From Candidatus Spyradenecus sp. (lineage in GTDB: Bacteria > Verrucomicrobiota > Verrucomicrobiia > Opitutales > UBA953), in contig JAZSKX010000018.1 of NCBI GenBank assembly GCA_045535075.1, positions 96,001-160,000 on the forward strand: a stretch of DNA of 64,000 nt. Reading direction: 5' to 3'. How positions within the stretch are numbered: the first letter of the stretch is position 1; the number at the start of each line of letters is the position of its first letter. The notes under the pieces were generated by a model. That model did not search any database. It was not told where the DNA came from and was given only the letters and a program-made list of their open reading frames with translations. Of this stretch, positions 58,571 through 64,000 are shown piece by piece. The translations under genes and the position numbers were made by a program.

Positions 58571-58691
58571 CGTGCGTATACGGCCGCGAGGAAATTGCGA
58601 TGTCGATTTTCGGGAAGAAGGGCTGCGATGCACGAATAGTTTTGCGGCGCGGGAACAAAAAAATTGTAATGTTTTTCTAATTCTTTTTCTC

Positions 58692-60392
58692 ATGACCGTT
58701 CCCGCAGATTCTTCCAACACGCCGGAAAACGCTCTCGTTCCCGAGCCTAAAAAATCACGTTTCCCGCGCTCCGTATTTTTCATTGTCGGCACAGAAGCCG
58801 GCGAGCGCTTCAGCTTCTACGGGATGCGCAGCATTCTCACGCTTTACATCGTCCACGAGCTGATGAAAAGCCTCGCAACAAGCGGGCCGGAAGGCTTGCG
58901 AGCGGCGGAAGATTACGCGACGATGATCGGGCATATTTTCACGATGGGCGTTTATTTCATGCCGCTTCTGGGCGCGTGGATTGCCGATAAATTCTGGGGT
59001 CGCTACTGGACAATCGTCGCCATGTCGCTTTTTTACGTGGTCGGCAACGGCGTTTTGGCGCTGACGGTCGGCTCGCAAGTCGGCTTATTAATCGGGCTTT
59101 CGCTGATTGCGTTCGGATCGGGCGGCATCAAGCCTTGCGTTTCATCGTTTATGGGCGAGCAATTTTCCAAGGACCAAAGCCACTTCATCGCGCGTGCATT
59201 CGGGATGTTTTATTGGGCGATTAACTTCGGTTCGTTCTTTGCATTTTTGCTGATTCCCGTAATTAAAGATTCCATCGGCTACGCGTGGGCGTTCGGGATT
59301 CCGGGCATTACGATGGGCTTGGCGACGCTGATTTTCGTTGCGGGAACGGCAAACTACAAGCGCAATTTAGGCGAATGGATAAACGAGCCGAACGCAACGA
59401 TAGCCAAGCGCGTGGCAAGTTCCTCCGTGCTTTACGGCGCGCTTCCGGCTTGGTTTTTCTGCGCCCTGATTATGCTCGCAAAGCCGCAAATGCTAGGACC
59501 CGTCGGACAATGGGTAAGCGAAATGAACGTTTTCGGAAAAACGCTTTTTGTCGCGGGAACGGGCGTCGCCGCATTTTTCGCCGTACTTGTACTTTTTGCA
59601 ATCGCGGCGTTTTTACCGAAGTTTTTAATTTCTCTCGCGAAAGAAAAACATCCGGATGACGGCGTTCCCGCAAGCCGGGACGTCTGCGAAAAACCTTCCG
59701 CCGTTCCCGCGCCGTCGATGACGCTCGGCGAGCGCTTTCGCGCGATTCGCGGAATCCTCCTGCTCTTTGCCGTGATTCCCGTTTTTTGGGCGTTGTTTGA
59801 CCAAATGGCAACAACTTGGGTCATTCTCGGCGGTCAAATGTCGACGACAAGCCTCTTCGGCTACCCGATCAACACGGAAACGATGCAAAATATCAATCCA
59901 ATTTTCGTGATGTCGCTCATCCCGATTTTGTCATTCCTTGTTTATCCCGCGCTGAATCGCACACGCTTTTTCAAGACAACGCCGCTCCGCCGCATGACGG
60001 TCGGCATGGTGCTCGCCGCATTTTCGTTTGTCATTTGCGGCTGGCTACAAACCTCCGTCGACGCCTCGCTCGCCGCGGGAACGCGGACCATGTCCGTGTG
60101 GTGGATGGCACTTCCGTATTTTGTCCTGACAATCGGCGAAGTGCTTTTCTCGGCGACCGGGCTTGAATTTGCGTTTTCGCAGGCGCCCGTCTCGATGCGC
60201 AGCACGATTACGAGCTTGTGGAATCTGACGACGACGGTCGGCAACTTCCTCGTTGTCCTTGTCGTCGCGCTGACCGTTCATTACACGGCTGCCGATCGTT
60301 TTTATTTCTTCGCGGCGCTGATGCTCGCCGTCGCCGTTGTTTTCGGCATTTTCTCCGCGTTTTACAAATACAAAACGGAAAACGAAGCCTAA
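58692..60392 (+). CDS. POT/PTR family proton-dependent oligopeptide transporter
   Basis: EAGERFSFYGM (ExxERFxYY-like), GGIKPCVS.F.GEQF, FY..IN.GS and GLEFAFSQAP. Confidence 0.92.
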   Translation: MTVPADSSNTPENALVPEPKKSRFPRSVFFIVGTEAGERFSFYGMRSILTLYIVHELMKSLATSGPEGLRAAEDYATMIGHIFTMGVYFMPLLGAWIADKFWGRYWTIVAMSLFYVVGNGVLALTVGSQVGLLIGLSLIAFGSGGIKPCVSSFMGEQFSKDQSHFIARAFGMFYWAINFGSFFAFLLIPVIKDSIGYAWAFGIPGITMGLATLIFVAGTANYKRNLGEWINEPNATIAKRVASSSVLYGALPAWFFCALIMLAKPQMLGPVGQWVSEMNVFGKTLFVAGTGVAAFFAVLVLFAIAAFLPKFLISLAKEKHPDDGVPASRDVCEKPSAVPAPSMTLGERFRAIRGILLLFAVIPVFWALFDQMATTWVILGGQMSTTSLFGYPINTETMQNINPIFVMSLIPILSFLVYPALNRTRFFKTTPLRRMTVGMVLAAFSFVICGWLQTSVDASLAAGTRTMSVWWMALPYFVLTIGEVLFSATGLEFAFSQAPVSMRSTITSLWNLTTTVGNFLVVLVVALTVHYTAADRFYFFAALMLAVAVVFGIFSAFYKYKTENEA

Positions 60393-60580
60393 AGGCTACC
60401 TCTAAAAATTCGTTTTTGAGGAAATCGATGAGAGTTGAGGGCTGAGAGCTTAGAGGTAAATGCGTTCCCGCAAGCGGAAAAAAGGATTTCGAAAACCCTT
60501 TTTCGCGAAGCGAGGGGCAAATACCTATCATCTCTCAGCTCTCCTCGCTCATCCGAAACTCTATTTATAGAGATTCCCTA
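60390..60580. repeat. Nested inverted-repeat (MITE/REP-like) element between convergent stop codons
   Basis: Outer IR 13/17 (60393-60409 vs 60563-60579); inner 31-bp IR 24/31 (60428-60458 vs 60522-60552) with 7-nt periodicity; central hairpin. Confidence 0.55.
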
Positions 60581-63376
60581 AACTCTCTCCTCCGGCGTTC
60601 CCGCGAAAACGAGTTTTCCGCCGCCCTGCCCGCCTTCGGGACCGAGTTCCAAAAGCCAATCGCACGCGCCGAGCACGTCGCCCTGATGCTCGACGACAAC
60701 GACCGAATTTCCCGCAGCCGTCAGCTTTTTCAAAATCTTAATCAGCAACGCCGTATCTTCGCGATGAAGCCCGGTGGTCGGCTCATCCAACAAAAGTAAA
60801 CTCGTCGTTCCCGTAGCTTCGTCTTCTTTGCATGCGGAGATTTCGCCGAGATGACGCGTCAGCTTCAGCCGTTGCGACTCGCCGCCGGAAAGCGTGTTAA
60901 GCGGTTGTCCGAGCGTCAGATAGCCCAAGCCGATTTCTTCGAGCAAGGCAAGCGGCGCCACGATTTTTTTATTTCCTTCAAAAAATGCAATCGCCTCACT
61001 AATCGTCAGCGCAAGAATCTCCGTCGCGTTTTTTCCTCTGTAACGGAACTGCAGAATTTCCTCGCGGAAACGGCGACCTTCGCAAACGGGACACGGAATA
61101 AACACATCGGACAAAAATTGCATTTCGACGGTTTCCCAGCCGGTTCCGTTGCAATGCGGGCAACGTCCGTCGCCGGAATTATAGGAAAAACTTCCCGCCG
61201 TAATGCCCGCCGCCTGCGCTTCCGGCGTTCCCGCGAGCAGCTTTCGGATTTCCGTCCACACGCCGCAATAAAGCGCGGGATTCGAGCGCGGCGTTTTTGA
61301 AAGCGGCGCCTGATCGACAAGCACGACTTCCCTCAACGGCAAATCGCTTTTGAATGTACACGGCGGGAGCTCAAAATCATCTTCTTCGGGAACGGCATCG
61401 CGATCGCTCGAAAACTGTGCGAGCACGTTGTTGAGCAAAGTCGATTTTCCGGAACCGGAAACGCCGCAAATGCCAACCAGTTTTCCTAGCGGAATTTCAC
61501 AGGCAAAATCGCGGAGATTGTGCGCCGTTACGTGCGCAAGCCGCAGCACGGGAACGCGCTTTTTCCGCTTCTTTGCCGTTCCCGCGGCTCCGCCTTTTAA
61601 AATTGAGGCGAGCTCGCGTTCCCGCGCGCCGGAAAGCCATGCGCCCGTAATCGAATCTACGCATTTCAAAATGCCGCCCGGAGTTCCCGCGTAAACGAGA
61701 TTTCCGCCGCCGGCGCCGGGACGCGGACCGATCTCAATCAGATAATCCGCCGCACGCATAACGGATTCGTCGTGTTCGACAACGACAACCGTGTTCCCGC
61801 GCGCAACGAGTTTTTTCAAAATCGAAATCATTTTCGCGAGGTCGCGCGGATGCAAACCGACGCTCGGTTCATCCAAGATAAAAAGCGTATTGGAAAGCGC
61901 CGCGCCAAGGCACGCCGTCAGGTTCACGCGTTGAACCTCGCCGCCGGAAAGCGTGCGCGATTGGCGGTCGAGCGTCAAAAATCCCAAGCCGACTTCCCGC
62001 AAATAACCCAAGCGGCTCCTCGTTTCCGCAAGCGCGACATCTTCGGATTTCTCGGCTTTCGGGAGCAATTCCAGTAATTCGTCAACGCTCTTGCCGAAAA
62101 GCTCCGGCAAACTGTTCCCGCGAAATTTCCACGCGAGCGACTCCGGCTGAAAGCGCGTTCCGCCGCAATCCGGGCATTTCACATACGCGCGGAAACGGGA
62201 AAGAAAAACGCGCACGTGCATTTTGTAAGACGTGCTTTCGAGCCATTCGAAAAATCGCTTCACGCCGTACCATTTCCCGTTCCAATTTTCTTCGCTCCAA
62301 TCGGCATCGCCGTCCAAAATGTAATTTTTTTGTACTGACGAAAGTTTTTTCCACGGAATATTAAGCGGGATTTTCTTTCGCTTTGCGGCGCGCAACAAAT
62401 CGCGTTGCGACTCTCCGTAAACTGCGCCTGAAAACGGAGCGAAAACGCCTTCGTCCAAGGTCTTGTTTTCGTCGGGAATGATCTTTTTCCAATCAAGCGT
62501 AATCACGCGCCCGAATCCGCGGCAACGCGGGCAAGCGCCAATCGGCGAATTAAAAGAAAACAGCGCGGGACTCGCCGGTCGAAAGCTTTGTCGCGTCGCG
62601 GGGGAAATCAGTTTTTCGGAGAAAACGCCAAGTTCGTCGAACGTTCCCGTATCGTTTTTTCCGAAAATAAAAAGCCGGCCGCCGCCAAGCCGCATCGCCG
62701 TTCCCGCGGCTTCGATAAAGCGATTGCGATTGGGATTTTCAGAACGTAATCGATCGGCAATTACAAAAATTCTGTCGCTCGCGGCAAGCGTTCCCGCGTC
62801 CGCATCTTCGATTTCCCAAAGCGTTCCCGCGACAATGATTTTCGTAAAGCCTTGCTCCGCATAACGCTCAAGAATCGGCTTCCAACTTATTTTCTTCGGC
62901 CGCTCCAGAGCGAACGCGATACAAATCGCACGTTCGGGGAAACATTCCCGCACGTGCTTCCAAACGCTCGCAGGCGAATAGGCGACAAGCGGCGTTCCCG
63001 TCGCCGGATCAATCAATTCCGCCGCATGCGCAAACCAATTTTTCATCCAATCGCAAAGCTCGGTCATCGTTCCGACGGTCGAGCGGGAAGTCTTCACCGT
63101 GTTGCCCTGCTTGACGGCAATGGACGGGCGGATGTTTTCAATGGAATCGACGGCGGCTTCCGGAAGAAGCTCCAAAAATTGCCGCGTGTACGGCGAAAAC
63201 GTTTCGACGTAGCGGCGTTGCCCTTCCGCGTGAAGCGTTTCAAAAACAAGAGACGATTTTCCCGCGCCCGAAAGCCCCGTGACGACAACAAGTTTGCCGA
63301 TAGGAATCTCGAGGTCGAAGCCTTTCAGATTGTTTTGGCGAACGCCGTGAAGTCGAATGGAAGACAGGCAGGACAT
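60578..63376 (-). CDS. uvrA: UvrA-family excinuclease ATPase, apparently C-terminally truncated
   Basis: Two ABC modules ([26 protein letters not shown]), zinc fingers; ends abruptly at FAGTPEERV*. Confidence 0.8.
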   Translation of the reverse strand: MSCLSSIRLHGVRQNNLKGFDLEIPIGKLVVVTGLSGAGKSSLVFETLHAEGQRRYVETFSPYTRQFLELLPEAAVDSIENIRPSIAVKQGNTVKTSRSTVGTMTELCDWMKNWFAHAAELIDPATGTPLVAYSPASVWKHVRECFPERAICIAFALERPKKISWKPILERYAEQGFTKIIVAGTLWEIEDADAGTLAASDRIFVIADRLRSENPNRNRFIEAAGTAMRLGGGRLFIFGKNDTGTFDELGVFSEKLISPATRQSFRPASPALFSFNSPIGACPRCRGFGRVITLDWKKIIPDENKTLDEGVFAPFSGAVYGESQRDLLRAAKRKKIPLNIPWKKLSSVQKNYILDGDADWSEENWNGKWYGVKRFFEWLESTSYKMHVRVFLSRFRAYVKCPDCGGTRFQPESLAWKFRGNSLPELFGKSVDELLELLPKAEKSEDVALAETRSRLGYLREVGLGFLTLDRQSRTLSGGEVQRVNLTACLGAALSNTLFILDEPSVGLHPRDLAKMISILKKLVARGNTVVVVEHDESVMRAADYLIEIGPRPGAGGGNLVYAGTPGGILKCVDSITGAWLSGARERELASILKGGAAGTAKKRKKRVPVLRLAHVTAHNLRDFACEIPLGKLVGICGVSGSGKSTLLNNVLAQFSSDRDAVPEEDDFELPPCTFKSDLPLREVVLVDQAPLSKTPRSNPALYCGVWTEIRKLLAGTPEAQAAGITAGSFSYNSGDGRCPHCNGTGWETVEMQFLSDVFIPCPVCEGRRFREEILQFRYRGKNATEILALTISEAIAFFEGNKKIVAPLALLEEIGLGYLTLGQPLNTLSGGESQRLKLTRHLGEISACKEDEATGTTSLLLLDEPTTGLHREDTALLIKILKKLTAAGNSVVVVEHQGDVLGACDWLLELGPEGGQGGGKLVFAGTPEERV

Positions 63377-63439
63377 TTTATCCGCAACGTTTCGCAAATT
63401 TCTCAAATTCGTGTCATGCGCGAAATTCGAGCTTCCTTT

Positions 63440-64000
63440 TTATTTTCTTTTGCGACGCGTTCCCGCGAAACCGAGCGCGAAAATTCCCGCAAGTAAACCG
63501 AAAACCGACGGTTCCGGAATAATCGCGTAAATTTGCGAGGCGTACTCGGGAAGAAAAGTAAAACTAGTCACACAAATCGAATTAGGCGTTTCAACATAAC
63601 CCACAGTAGGATTATTCTCGGAGTTCGCGCCAACCGTAATCGCAACGCCGACGACTTCCCAATTCTCACCGTTCTTCACAAAAACTCCGCTTCCGGAATC
63701 ATACATTCCGCATTGAATGCTTTTTTCTGCTTCGGAAGAAAACACCTCTACAAACGACAATGTCTTTCGGCCCCCTTCTTCGACTTCCTGTATGCCGTCC
63801 GCGCAGAATTCTCCCCACTGTTTTACACGGGAACCGGACGAAATCCCGCCGCCGAGCGACAAACTGCAACCGGTTCCGACGCAATAAAGCGGCGTGTTCG
63901 TATAAAGATCTCCGGTATAAATTTCGATATTACCGAGTGCATCCAGATAATCTGCGGCATCGCCCGTTGCCGAGACGGAAAACAACTTCAAGTCGACGCT
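63440..64000 (-). CDS. PEP-CTERM protein with a trypsin-like serine protease domain (5' end outside the window)
   Basis: Frame is open to the window edge (SVDLKLF, Asp-motif-like); YDSGSGVF...WEVVGV (Ser motif); IPEPSVFGLLAG..RRKRK tail. Confidence 0.7.
   Translation of the reverse strand, partial: SVDLKLFSVSATGDAADYLDALGNIEIYTGDLYTNTPLYCVGTGCSLSLGGGISSGSRVKQWGEFCADGIQEVEEGGRKTLSFVEVFSSEAEKSIQCGMYDSGSGVFVKNGENWEVVGVAITVGANSENNPTVGYVETPNSICVTSFTFLPEYASQIYAIIPEPSVFGLLAGIFALGFAGTRRKRK

Noticed and set aside
591..63834. Iterated motif as a CRISPR repeat, Chi/KOPS site or HIP1
   Set aside because: It superficially resembles the start of type I-E repeats (GTTCCCCGC), but there is no regular repeat-spacer array or cas gene. 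It is not strand-polarised in 1-10 kb and is not palindromic.

Overview
Chromosomal segment from a PVC-superphylum bacterium, most likely Verrucomicrobiota/Opitutia. This is inferred from the PVC small basic protein, PEP-CTERM proteins and a PATR-repeat autotransporter. It holds mostly housekeeping genes (hemA, hemL, lpxK, mpl, rpsI-rplM, leuD, tsf-rpsB, gluQ, nuoMN, folD, xerC, queF, eda, tgt, hisG, kbl, hisF, rpsU, rpmB, uvrA-like), tRNA-Val(CAC), glycan-active enzymes, a type IV pilin-like gene and a ~4714-aa autotransporter. Two features stand out. (1) A non-palindromic motif, GTTCCCG/CGGGAAC (typically CGTTCCCGC), is iterated throughout the window. I hand-counted at least 34 copies in the first 10 kb, split about evenly between strands. 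It sits inside genes in several reading frames and forms inverted pairs in at least six terminators, which is how Neisseria DUS and Pasteurellaceae USS DNA-uptake sequences behave. (2) PEP-CTERM loci 48 kb apart share a conserved promoter module (15-bp box, TTGACG, poly-G spacer), a conserved 3' sorting-signal tail, an identical 21-bp post-stop element and a motif-paired terminator, all around unrelated AT-richer cores. Two of the three copies are 5'-truncated relics, which suggests an exchangeable, phase-variable surface-protein cassette system. All calls come from reading the sequence by eye; no searches were run.
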